A stretch of 64,000 nt of DNA from Eukaryota sp. GEM-RC1. Lineage: Eukaryota. Both the position numbers and the translations under genes were made by a program. Location: the NCBI GenBank assembly GCA_040285855.1, contig JAUFOQ010000010.1, forward strand, positions 496,001 through 560,000, given 5' to 3'. This document shows positions 38,540 through 50,660 of this stretch, one piece after another; the first letter of the stretch is position 1, and each line of letters begins with the position of its first letter. Under the pieces are notes generated by a model, which saw only the letters and a list, made by a program, of their open reading frames with translations, made no database searches and had not been told where the DNA came from.

Positions 38540-39817
38540 CGATTGAAAAATTGGGACTTGTGTTTTCAAAGTAGTTGATGTCCATGATACAGTTCAATTT
38601 AATTCGAAAAAATGTGTGAACTGAACTGAACTAGTTCACTGACTACCATATGAACTGAACTGATTGAAGTACGCAAATTCCATAGCAATAGTTCAAGAAA
38701 CACACAAAGCTGTTTATCACATGGGAAGTTCAAAAACTCCAAGTAATTGTGGTGATTTATAACCAAATCCAATCCTGAAACTATATGATGTTATTTAAGA
38801 AATTTTTAAACATTAAAAGATTCATTTAAAACGTGTAAGAATACAGACTGTACACTTGTTCCCAAGTAACAAGACAATGAAAAAGGTTCAGGAAACGTAT
38901 TTTGAAATACAAGGAGAAATACAATGAGAAATACGAATGCCTTGATTACATTCATTCATTTTCGATTAAGTTGTAGACGGTTCTTGTGGCTTATTAAACT
39001 CTAGTTAGTACAAACAAGTATACAAACAAGTGTTTCTTGAACTATTGCTATCGAATTTGCGTACTTCAATCAGTTCAGTTCACACATTTTTTCGAATTAA
39101 ATTGAACTGTATCATGGACATCAACTACTTTCAAAACACAAGTCCCAATTTTTCAATCGATGAATTGTTCTACATGTTACCAGTCTTTCAATCTTTCTGA
39201 TCGGGTTCCTGTTCTAATCTGTTGTGAAGGACACAGTTGTTGCTCCAGGTGTTCACAGAAGCTGAAACAGTGTCCTCTTTGTCGCCTTGAATGTCTTAAG
39301 GAGAGAAAAGTGAACTTTGCCCTAAAAGACTTGATCAAGGCATCTCGCGACGGTGATCTTTGCCCCCAAATTCCTTCAGATCAAATCGTTCTCGGAGATA
39401 AGATCGCAGAAGGAGGTTTTGCTCTCATTTACGCTGCCGAATGGTTCGATATTCTGGCCATCAAAATGGTGTCTCTCACAGATAAGGGAAAGAAGGAACT
39501 CCAGAGAGAAATGAGTCTTCTCTTCAGTCTAAACCATCCATCGATCCTGCGTGTATTTGGTCTCACTTTCTTTGATGATTCCGTTGCAATTGTTATGGAA
39601 AAAGCTTCTTCTCACATCCCCTCTCCAACTCTTCTCTCTTCAACAACTCTCAGATACGCCAAAGAACTTTGTCAGGCAGTGAAGTTTCTCCACTTAAAGT
39701 CTGTTGTTCATGGAGACTTAAAACCAGCAAATATCCTCTTAGTCGACGGTCATGTAAGAGTTGCTGATTTTGGTACCTCAAGGAACCTTGCCGATACCAC
39801 TCTAGTTACCAGAGCCA
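37880..39817. repeat. Long inverted repeat: arms 37880-38703 and 39030-39817, spacer ~325 bp
   Basis: The arms cover the upstream region, RING, N-lobe and catalytic loop of copies 3 and 4. They are nearly identical except a ~30-bp upstream insert, a 3-bp indel, the copy-3 1-nt indel and a few SNPs. Confidence 0.95.
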
Positions 39818-40587
39818 ACCTAATTTGTACTAAATATGCTGCCCCTGAGCAGTTTGATTTGGATCCCTGTCATTTCAGCGATATTTATTCTATTGGATTA
39901 ATTTTATATGAACTTTTGACTGGAAAAGGTGCATTCGACGGTTACTCAACTTTGCAGATTGTTGGCAGGAAACTCGGAAACAAACCATTACTCTTTGAAA
40001 ATTCAATTCCTGAGTGTTTGCAGGATTTAATTATACGTTGTCTAAATCCAGATCTTTCAGCGCGTCCAGTAATTAGTCAATTAATTGATAGTTTAAATAA
40101 TTTAAATGTTTTGGTTGATAGTATACAATCTTTCGATCAAGACATCATCAGATCGGATGAAGAAAATGAAATTTTAGCACGTGAAAATTCAAAGCTTTTG
40201 CAACATTGTAACGAACTTTCAAACTTGATCAATTTTGATGATTTAAATGACAACCATTTAGCTGAAAAGGTTTCAAAATTGGAAAATGATAATCAAAAAT
40301 TATCTCAAGAAGTCGCACGTCTTAATCTACATGTTTTGACATCTGACACATTGGGCCATGAAGGAAATTACGATAGATTAGGGCATTCATTTCTTTATGA
40401 AAGTACTTTGGAGTGGCTTGAGAGGTATGCTATTTTGACAACTGGTTCTTCTCCAAGAAGATCTAGAAATAACTTTCCTATTCGTAGAGCTGAACGCCAT
40501 CATTGTATACCAACTCAACACTGGATGGAGAGAACTCAGATGCAACTAGTGCAATTGGCCGAATGTGAAACAGAGAATGACTCTTAA
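39160..40587 (+). CDS. RING-kinase-coiled-coil protein, copy 4 (divergent C-lobe and tail)
   Basis: Intact 475-aa ORF. Essentially the same as copies 1-3 up to ..DTTLVTRA, then diverged. Confidence 0.92.
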   Translation: MNCSTCYQSFNLSDRVPVLICCEGHSCCSRCSQKLKQCPLCRLECLKERKVNFALKDLIKASRDGDLCPQIPSDQIVLGDKIAEGGFALIYAAEWFDILAIKMVSLTDKGKKELQREMSLLFSLNHPSILRVFGLTFFDDSVAIVMEKASSHIPSPTLLSSTTLRYAKELCQAVKFLHLKSVVHGDLKPANILLVDGHVRVADFGTSRNLADTTLVTRANLICTKYAAPEQFDLDPCHFSDIYSIGLILYELLTGKGAFDGYSTLQIVGRKLGNKPLLFENSIPECLQDLIIRCLNPDLSARPVISQLIDSLNNLNVLVDSIQSFDQDIIRSDEENEILARENSKLLQHCNELSNLINFDDLNDNHLAEKVSKLENDNQKLSQEVARLNLHVLTSDTLGHEGNYDRLGHSFLYESTLEWLERYAILTTGSSPRRSRNNFPIRRAERHHCIPTQHWMERTQMQLVQLAECETENDS

Positions 40588-40649
40588 TTGTATAACATTT
40601 CTCAAATTTTAAACTAGTATTCAAATATTGTAGCTTACTGTCTTTAATG

Positions 40650-41110
40650 AGTTAACGAAAGCTCAAAGTCAAACACACTGTTCGCATTGCCATCTCAACG
40701 CAGTCATCATTCGAAGTACTTCCCTTTACAACAGTCACTGATGTCTTTAATCGTTCGTTACCTGTTGAGACGTTTTGTCAAATTTTCACTAACAGTTATG
40801 ATTCTTTCGATTTTTCTCTTGCTTTACTTGGTTGTGATAATGAAGTAACAAATCGTGTGAATTAACTATATTTTTGAAATCTTTGGAATCATGTATTCCA
40901 AGCAAACATGTTGAATGTCAAGGATTGTAAGTCTTAGAGAGACTTTAGTATATATTCTCTTGCTATCAGCTCCTGTGCTCCAATGATTCTACTGAGATTA
41001 CACTTAGTAGATGCTCTATTGGTAATGAATGAGCCCCTGCATTGCCTGAACCGCTGTAAGTTAATTCAACTGTTACTGATATCTACATTTCTTTGTACAA
41101 ACTCTATTGA
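40650..41110 (+). pseudogene. QQSLL-domain and LRR remnant directly downstream of kinase copy 4
   Basis: SKYFPLQQSLMSLIVRYLLRRF at ~40711-40780, and a decayed SIGNE..AL...VNSTVTDI repeat at ~41010-41090. Confidence 0.55.
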
Positions 41111-41113
41111 TAC

Positions 41114-41555
41114 CAGGGCCTGGAAAAATTGAATAGTCAATACAATTATTTGAATACATTGGTATGACACATTGATTGGCTCAACATAAATCATTGAAAA
41201 ATTGATTGATATACTGTTCGAACATTGCAACATTGGCCAATTAAATTTTGCTAATTATCATATTTCAATCAACACTACAAATCGCAATAACAATATGCCG
41301 CTGATGTAGATAGTCGTTTGAACACGTTCTTTAAGAACAAAATAAATAGAACGTATGATTTGGCTGTTCTACTACTAGTAGTAGTGCTAATGATTGAAAC
41401 ATTGGACCAATATCAAACATTGAAACATTGATTGGGATGATATTTAACATTCAAACATTGATTGGTTTCATTTGGAAACATTGAAATATTGATTGGTTCA
41501 AATTGAGACATTGACATTGGCATTGGATAAATACCAATCATTGACATTGGCAATA
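41114..41555. mobile_element. hAT-like element remnant
   Basis: Begins CAGGGCCTGG and contains dense ACATTG/ATTGA subterminal-type repeats. Right TIR and TSD not found. Confidence 0.45.
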
Positions 41556-42312
41556 GATAGTTTGTTTTTCCCTTCTCAATTTCGTTTCCCTTTATGACCA
41601 ATGACTTATATGTTAGCAATGTTAAACAGTCATTGAGCAACACATTTTGAACAACATTTATTATTTCGATATTATTCGACCAAAGAAATTTTGAACTAAT
41701 TCCAAGTATTGCCAAATTGTGTTTTGAAACTTCTCCAGTTATTTGGTCTTTCAGGGATAACAGTTGAAACTTATCTCACTTTGTTTTCTGCACATTCCAC
41801 AATTCGGGAATTGAAAAAATAATTTATATCATCTTCATCTTCAACTTTCAAATTTAAAACCATTCCCCTAATCCTCTCCTCAGCTATACTAGATGAGAGT
41901 TTTATTTATGAGAACAAAGCTGTTGAAAGATTTGATAGTGAAGTGTGGTGTTTTAGCTATATCAAATTTTAGTATTAATTACTATATTACATTTATAAAT
42001 GACTATCACAAAAAATATTTCCAAAATCATCTATTTCCAATGATGGAAAATTCTAGTCTCAAAAGTTTTGTTTTTCTTCAGGATTCCAATGTCTTAAATG
42101 ATCTTGACTGAAATCCATCTCATCGATAATTTACTACTATATACACTGTCTTTTTGTATTTTCATTTTCTAAACAGTGTGGTTGTTTTTCTGTAAATTTC
42201 AACCAATGTCATCACTTGATATATCTGAAGATCTTGAAATCTCTGGTCTGGTTGAGCACCCTGTTTTTTTCGAATATGTTTCCTCTGTGATCTTTTAACA
42301 ACCCTAGTAATC

Positions 42313-45300
42313 ATGCCTTCTTCTCTCCTTTTCGTTCCCGATCCTGTATCTGTCTCCTTGTCTTCTCCTTGTGAGGACATGGCTGAAACAAAGTGCGTGT
42401 ATCTTCAGCAGTCTTTACTAGTACTTATCAACTCTCATCTTCTCAGAACATTCTCGAAGTTTGATCTCCGTGGTGATCTATCTCTCCCTCATTTGATCAG
42501 AAGATTACCTAATTTCTTCCAAAAAGTTGGCTATGTTAGTCAACGTTTCCTTGAATCTGCTTTACTTGGAGTTAAGACGTTTCTTGATTGCAACACTATT
42601 TCCACTTCACATTTTTTCTCTTCTTCTTCCATATCATCTTTCTTCAAATCAGACGTACAATCTGTTTGCTTGAATATAGATGAATCGTTTCAAATTGAGG
42701 AATTCTTGGCCACACTTCAAGAATTACTCATCTAGACGTAAATGATGACGTCACCAATTTAACCCACTTACTTGGCAAATCTTCTCCTTTTTTCTTATCT
42801 AGACTAAGATATGTTAATCGCATCACAAGGTCTGAATCTCGGTTAACCAACTTTTCTGAAGCTCTGTTGTTAAGCTCTACAATTGTTGAATTAATTATTA
42901 CTGTCGAAGATTTTACCACTTTTGATGTGATTTCTTTAAGTGAACTCTTTCGTTCAATTCATTCATTTAGAAAGATTACACTATTGTCACTTTCTTCAAA
43001 TTTTGAATTTTCTATTAAATATGATGAGTCACTGCTTCTGTTTACTGCTTTACAGAGTATTGCTTCACTTAGATCATTAGATTTATCTGGTATTTTTATA
43101 GATGATTCAAGTGTTCTTGTGCCTCTTCTAAACACGTCTAAACACGTCTAGTCTTAGATGTCTAGTGTTTCCTGGATGTGACAGTCTAGATTCTACAGTG
43201 ATTGAGGCTCTTAAGTATAGTTCGTCATTTCAAGAAATAACTATTGTTCGTACTGATATTAATCCTGAACATCTTTCTGAAGTTTTAAAGAACAATACTT
43301 GTTTAAAAAAAATGAAGCTCTGCGAATGTAGTTTCTTCCATTGTATGGATTTTCTTGAATCAAATTCTTCTTTGATGGACTTATCAATTTCCCAGTCTAA
43401 ATATTTATACAATGAAAATCAAGCTGATTCACTAATAAGAATGGTTCAACGTAATACTGGTTTGCGTGTATTAAGTCTTGATGCTTCTCTGTTTAAATTC
43501 TATCAGTTGGAGACTTTTCTCAAAGCACTTGAACCTAATTCTACTCTCCGGAAAGTTAGTTTTCCCGGGATACGATTAAATTTACCTTCATTAATTACAG
43601 TTTTTGAAATTTTGTGTTCTCTAAAGCTGTGAGCAACTGTAGACATTGCTCCTTATTTTATTGACACTAAGAAAGGTGTGTTTTGTTATTCTCCTCAAGT
43701 ACGTGTTCGCTTGACTTCCGCAGAAGTCTCGTCTCTGCAGTCATTTTTGGAGAGATTTAATATCAAAGAGCTTACTTTTAAACAATGTCGTTTTGCTGAC
43801 GATGCAATTAGTGATTTGTGTAATCTAATCAGTGTCAATAGCTCATTGACTTCTGTTGACTTCAGTTTCTGTAAACTATCTAATGCTATTATCATCACTA
43901 TCGTTCATTCACTTGAGTTAAATTCTGTTTTAAAAAAGATATTTTTCAATAATTCATGTTTGGAGTTCAACACACTTTTAATTATTTTTGAACGTGCTGC
44001 TACTAGTAGTCTTCAATCACAAATATTCTTTGAAGTTTCTCCTCATTCTTTAAATCTTTCTATTGGTACCATTTGTTACCAAAACAGATTATCTGATGAT
44101 GATTTAGTCTTTAAGCTCTAAAGTCAAATGTCCCTATTAAACGTGTAGTTTGTCCAGGATTGAGACGACCAAGTTTAAAAACATGTTTAACATTGCTGCA
44201 GATTCATTCCCTAAACAAATCTGTAATCAGTTTTGATTGCTTTCCTCATTGCATTGACTTGGATAATGGAATAGTTGGTTTTTCTCCAAATAATTCTATT
44301 CCGGTAACTAGAAGAAGTTTCAGCTTTACAGAATCTTTTGAAAGTTTTTAATATCAAAGAACTTTCGCTCAACAATTGGCGCTTTTCCGATGACGCAATC
44401 ACTAAATTGTGTGATTTAATTAGACTCTCTACTTCATTGACTTCTCTTGACTTCAGTTGTTGTAGTTTAACTGCTGAACATGTATTTACATTAGTCGGTG
44501 CGTTCAAATCCAATTCTTGCTTAAAAAGGTAGATATCTCTCACTGTGGAACTAACTTAAATTATCTTTTGGAAATCTTTCAACTAAGTTCAACAGAAGAA
44601 CTCTTGCCAATTATAAAGTGTTCACCCCATGTTATTGACGTTTCTCTTGGTTATCTTCGTTATGAACATCAAGTTACCAACGCTGACTTGGTATCACTTT
44701 TAAATGTTTTAAGATCAAATGTTCCTATTAAAAGCATTGATTGTCGTGGATTGAAAATTGAAAGGTTAGGAGAAATTTTTCCTTTATTCGAGATTATTTC
44801 CATTAGCAATTCAGTAATTGACTTGAGTGGTTCTCCTCATTGTGTAGATATTGAAAATGGTGTTTTTGTTTTCACCGGAAACTGTTACTCAAATATCAGC
44901 TCAAGAGCTTTCATCTCTTCATTCTTTGTTGCAATCATATAGTTTTAAGGAACTTACTTTTAAAAAATGTCAATTTTCTGACACTGGAATTTCTGTTTTG
45001 TGTGACATCATCAGGGCCTGTCATTCCTTGACTTCTGCTGACTTCAGTCACTGTCGTCTGTCACATACCAATACTCACGACATTTTCAATGCACTTCAGT
45101 CAAATTCTGATTTACAAATGGTTAATCTAAGTTACAATGATATTGACATCGCTACTCTTTTAAATATTTTCCCACAATTTGCTCCGCACCAATCGCCACA
45201 AACCATTACAGTGTATCCTCATTCTATTGATTTCTCTCGTGGTGTAATTCATTACGCTAAAAAGGTTAAAACCAATGATGTACGAGTGCTCTTAAACGCT

Positions 45301-45960
45301 TTAAAATCCAAGGTTCCTATTAAGCGTATTCAGTGTAGTGGAATGTCAGATCTAAATTTTTCTAGTTTGGTTATGAGTTTTCAAATTCTTTCAGTCAATA
45401 ATTCTTTGATATATATTGATGTTGCTCCTCATTTTATTGATGTAGAATCTGGCATTTTCTCCTTTTCACCACAAGACTACACTAAAATTACTGCAGCTGA
45501 CAATGTCTCTGCTTTAGGTACTCTTGAAATTAAAGACCTTAGAATGCACAAATGTGATTTTACTATCGATGCTTTGAAATTGTTTTGTGCCTTCATCAGG
45601 GCTAGTACGTTGTTGACTTCTCTTGACTTATCTTACTGTAATTTATATGATGTATGTCTATTACGGATTATTGAGTGTATTCAGAATATTTCTTCTTTAA
45701 CTGTAAGAAATATTGATTTTGGGGCATACGCTCGTGATAATGCAAGTGCAAAAGCATTAGCTGAACTGTTGAAAGTAAATACTACTCTTTCTGAAATTGA
45801 CCTTGTTGATAATTACTTTGAATATGGAGAGGCTTTAGAAATTTTGAAAATATTGGAAGTGAATTCTACAATTGAATGTATTAATCTTGGCGGTAGTGAT
45901 GTTAACGAAAACATCAGAAAAGAAATTGAAACAATCTCAAGTGGGCGGATTGTATTCTAA
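42313..45960 (+). pseudogene. QQSLL-domain plus super-repeat LRR gene, disrupted
   Basis: YLQQSLLVLIN..KVGYVSQRFLESAL. Four PH/PY-ID..G.F.(F/Y)SP markers about 590 nt apart. Terminal RI-like repeats and an SSGRIVF cap. In-frame TGA at 43630, a duplicated ACACGTCTA at ~43132-43150, and frameshifts. Confidence 0.82.
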
Positions 45961-46875
45961 CGAATTACACAATACAGTCAGTTGTTGTCTAGAGTCAATC
46001 AAAATTCGAAGCTAATGTTCGTCTTTATTTTTAATGGACAATACAAAACAAATTTACCTTTATATATCTAACGTTTTGCTTAAGAAAACTCCACGAGTAC
46101 ACTCAAAGTATATAATAGCAACTCTAATTCCACAAATGTAACTACAATGTCACTTGTTTGTGTATGGATCTGACGTTGTTGGAGTGGATCTCCTCAATGT
46201 TGTACTCTTGCCAACTTCTGAAAGTTGATTACGGATGTGTTAGAAACATTTCCTGGCATTTTTCTGTTCGATCTGGATTTGAGTGATGTCTGTTTGATAT
46301 GGTAGTTGATTTGCAGAAGAACTTTGCTGAATATACTCAGTTTCTTGAACTAGACAAAGCCAATTTTTGTCACTGTTTGTAGTTTGTAGAAACAGACATT
46401 CACAATACCTCCCACATTGGGAGGAAATGGTAATATTACAACCTCGTCTTCAGGAACTTCACAGTAACCACTCTTTAAAAACCACTACAGTATACGAACG
46501 TTGTTTAGATAAAATACAAAAAATGGTAAATATATTTTCATTTCCCATCTGATTTGCAGTGGGTATTCAAGCGAGCAAGTTACAGGAATGTAAACTTGAA
46601 ATGAAAAGAAATTTCAACTCTATTTTGCATTACGATAAAAAAACGGGGTTTATGATCAATCAGTGAAATAAATGCATTTACAGAAGTTAATAACTACCAG
46701 ACAATACCAGACACTAACTAAAGTATCTAAACTATCCCCAATGATTTTTCAGTCTTTAGGTTTCCTCAACCCAGAGGTTCGACTCCTCCCTTCCATCATA
46801 TATTTAGTTACTTTAGAAAGACACTTGTTTCTGTAGTTGTCTGTTTGTCGAACTGTGCAAATGGTATGTTTAAAA

Positions 46876-48272
46876 TTCTTCATGCTCAAAATTTGTTATT
46901 CTGGCAAAATTACTCATCTTTTTAGATCCTTTGCTCCTGAGTTATCGTATAATTTCTGTAGAGCTTTTAACAAACTTCGCACAGACTTTCTTTCTTTTCT
47001 TCTTCAAGTCAACCCCAATATTTTAAATAGCCACACATTTTCCAGTCCATATCTTGGAGGTTTGGGATTTAAATCTTCTAAATGGTGGACTAAATCAGCT
47101 TTTATTGGTGGTGGAAAGAATTTTGTATTCGAGTTTTGTAATCGATATCCATCAAGAACTTCTCTTCTTGAAATTACTTGCAGCTTTTATCTTAATCATC
47201 TCCGTGTAGAAATATGAAATCTTTCTCCTGAGTCATAGTCATCTTGCTTTCCTGTTGATATCAAAGAAATTCCATGTCGAAACATTTTGTCTTTAAAGTT
47301 TGCTTTAAAAAAGCTACAAAATCATTGATTAAATATTTTGAAAGTTTAGATTTTACAGTCCGTCTTAACTTGGCTAAGGAAAAGAATCCAGCTTTCGCTA
47401 ATTTTTTAATTGATTTAAAGGAGAGTTCTGCTGTGGCATTAATCAATCAAATTCCACAAGTATACGGTTTGTTATTAAATGATCATCAATGGACCACTAC
47501 AATGAGACTTCGTTGTTATTTATGGCCATATAATTTGCCAAATGATCTTCAATGTAGTTGTGGAAAACAATTAACGTTTTCTCATCTGTTAAGTGGTAAT
47601 CGCTACATAACTTATCGAACGTGTATGCATGATGCTGTAAGAGATCAAATACATGCTATGTGTAAGTCTTACAAAATTGAGTCATTTGTTGAACCACTTC
47701 TAAGATCTTTAGAACCAAGTAATAATTGTAATGTCGAGAAACAGAACCAATTTTTTGGTAAACGGAGAGCAGATGTTGTTGTCCCTTCTTCTTCAGACAA
47801 ATTGTTTGTTGTTGATGTAGTGTCAGTGGATGTTCGGAAAAAACATCTTTAAAGAACGCTTCGTCTGAAACTGCTCCTTTAGACATTTCTGAACAGGCCA
47901 AACAGGATAAGTACAGAAAACCATTGATGGCTTTAAAACATGTAACACATGTTGAGTACGAATTATGCCCTTTGCCGTTTCAATTTACGGACGTTTAGGA
48001 AAAGTGCATTGAATTTTTTAAACGATTTCGGAAAAATTGTAAAAAAAATAGGACGGCCAAACGTTTTGATCATATGTTATGGTTGAATCGGATCGTTTTT
48101 ACTGTTTTTAAAACAGTTCCCCTAATCATCTCCAAAGCTTTATTAGCAGTGAGTTCGTTTTATGAGGACAAAGCTGTTGTAAGGTTTGATAGCGACGTGT
48201 GTTGTTTTAATGATATCAAATTCTAGTTGTTTGATCTATTACATTTATAATAAAAAAATAAAAATACAAAAA
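46876..48272 (+). mobile_element. 5'-truncated CRE-like retrotransposon (family B)
   Basis: SPYLGGLG, MRLRCYLWP, CSCG..HLL..HDAVRD, EP, RADVV..VDVVSVD (RLE). A-rich tail. TSD AAATGGTATGT(T/A)TAAAA at 46859-46875 and 48273-48289. Confidence 0.88.
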
Positions 48273-48369
48273 AAATGGTATGTATAAAAAGCCACCGGCA
48301 TTACATCTAAAAGATTTGTACCTTTTTGAAAGGTATTTCTGCAAACTCTGCGTTTTCGTTTGTCTAAAG

Positions 48370-48480
48370 ATCATGAATGACTTAGAAACACGTGGCTTAA
48401 GTTAGGTTTATGACCTTCAGATCTTTTGCATTATTTTTACATGTCTTTGTGGTCCTTCAACCGCTTCAAATTTAGCAATT
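48370..48480 (+). mobile_element. Short decayed CRE-like family C fragment
   Basis: GATCATGAATG..AGGTTTATG.CCTTCAG..TGTCTTTGTGGTC matches 3100-3200. Confidence 0.55.
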
Positions 48481-48673
48481 GAACCATTTAGTGTTCACTC
48501 TTTGAACGAAATTGTTATTCGTTAGTTTCACTGAACGGCAAAACAAGGAATGAAGAATGAACGCTTAATTCTGACCATGTTTGTCGTGATTATTATTGTT
48601 GTTGTTTGTATTCGAATTCTATCATGTGGTCTCTGTGAATTGATAACGATTAGTATAATGCAAAATGGACTTG

Positions 48674-49527
48674 GAAAATAGTTTTGAGTATCTTATGTAT
48701 TTGTTCTTCTGATTATCATGGATTTATATACAGTTGAACATATTGAGTTATGATGATAAACGCAAACCATTACCAGATCATGAAGTTGTTTTAATCTGGA
48801 AACAGATCAATCCAGCAATCGGATTTAAGATCCTTTGTTTGTTCTTTCTTAATGAACGACTTAATGACACCTAACAATGTTAAGCAAACATACACACAAT
48901 ATATTAATCTATATGTATTCTGTAATAAAAAGTGTTAAGAAATATACATAACAAGATCAAATTCCAACAACAAGTATTTGCACCTGAATAAGTAATCTCT
49001 ACTGTGGACATTCTGAGTTAAGATTACTTCATAACTTAGTTTTCAGATTTTTTCACCTCTTTGTATTCACACATGTCCTCACCTAATGATGCTTACCAAA
49101 TAGAAATAATCTCCTCTACAGATTCTAATATACAATCACAATCTGCTTCAGCTCCTCCTTCTTCTGTTATAAAGAAATTGCTTCTGGAAGATCTGGTACA
49201 ACACTTTCAGCAAGCGATTAATATCATTATGTTATACTAGTATACAAATAAAGCGGATCCGAAAAATAGTTTTCAGTATCTTCTGTATTTGTATTTCTGA
49301 TTATAATGGATTTATATACCGTTGAACCCAATGAATTATGATGATAAATGGAAAACCATTACCAGATGAAGTTGTTTTACTCTAGAAACAGATCAATCCA
49401 GCAAAATTTCGGATCTAAGATCCTTTGTTTGTTCTTTCTTAATGAATGTCTTAATGACACCTAACAATGTTAAGTAAACAGACACACAATATAATAATCT
49501 ATATGTATTCTGTAATAAAAATAGTTA
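48674..49527 (+). repeat. Diverged direct repeat, ~265 bp (48674-48938 and 49261-49527)
   Basis: Shared blocks include GATCCTTTGTTTGTTCTTTCTTAATGAA and AATCTATATGTATTCTGTAATAAAAA. Confidence 0.85.
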
Positions 49528-50660
49528 AAACCCATCCATAACAGATGTCAAGTGGTTCTTGACCTTGATTAGGTCACACAAATGATTGATTGCTTCTTCA
49601 GTAAAACTACACTTGTTTAGAGTAAGCTCTTTGATTCCAAATGTCTTCACTAAATACTTAAGAGATGAAACTTTATCAGTAGTTATTTGAGGAGAATACT
49701 CTGGCGAATAACAAAATGTACGCTCTTCAATGTTAATAGAATGCGGAGAAACGTCAATTTGAAGAGTAGATTCTGTCATAAACAAATCTTCATAAATTGC
49801 AATGAGACAGCACAAATCCAACGATTTCCTATTAAATGAAGGAAAGACTAGCTTGTTAAGCATTGGACTTATTTTCAATAACTGTATTATAGATTTACAG
49901 AGTACGTAATCTAATAGTTCCCCATCAAGACTGAAAACCTGTAAACTGGAATTACGTTGCAACATTTGTGTTAACGAAGATAGTACATGTTCTCCTTTTG
50001 ATCTGGAAAAATTATGTACAATTAACACTGATAAAGAGGAATTAGATTCAAGTGGTTTAAAAATTGATGAATATTCGGGACATCCATCATACAAACATAG
50101 TTCGAGTTTTTTAAAGAGCAGCTCTTGTTAAAGTACTCAGCGAATGCATCACCATTGAAAGGAACATTCATGTTTAGTTCTTTAAGAGAAACATTAGCTT
50201 TTAGAGCATTAAAATGGTCAAAGTCAAGACATCCACCACCCAATACTGTGAAACTTTCAATGCCAGAGCTTTGGAAAAGTTGGGGTATCAAAACTTCTTC
50301 GTCTTCATCTTCGTAATAGAATCTCTCTCTGTCATAGAAACCCAAAGAAAGATAAATTTTTTTTAAAGTGTTATTTGAAGCAAACACTTCTGAAAGAGCA
50401 ACAGCATCACTGTTTAAAATATGCATACTTAAAGAAAATTCTACAACGGTGCTACTACTTCTTAAATCATTGATAAGTTCAGGTTAATTCAAATATTCAT
50501 ACATTAAGTAAAAACCACAAATGTCTAAACATTTAAGATGTGGTAAGAAAAGAGGAGATGAAACGTCAAATAAACCATACCAAAGAGAAGTTAGATCGAG
50601 TCGCTCATACTGATCATGAAGATAATTGTACTCAATTGTTAATTCAGAAATAAATTTTTA
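49525..50660 (-). pseudogene. Super-repeat LRR family gene fragment
   Basis: DVSSPLFLPHLKCL, LESNSSL, IDVSPHSINIEERTFCYSP, IKELTLNKCSF. Truncated at both ends. Confidence 0.75.

Larger units (their letters stand above)
34510..38622. repeat. Tandem triplication of a ~1371-bp unit containing a RING-kinase gene
   Basis: Units start GATTACAGAAAAAA at 34510, 35882 and 37253, and differ only by a few substitutions and homopolymer indels. Confidence 0.97.

Noticed and set aside
29242..43632. Stop-codon reassignment explaining in-frame TAG/TGA in LRR genes
   Set aside because: The stops replace different residues (Ser, Tyr, Arg) and are absent from the long intact ORFs, so they are best read as ordinary nonsense mutations.
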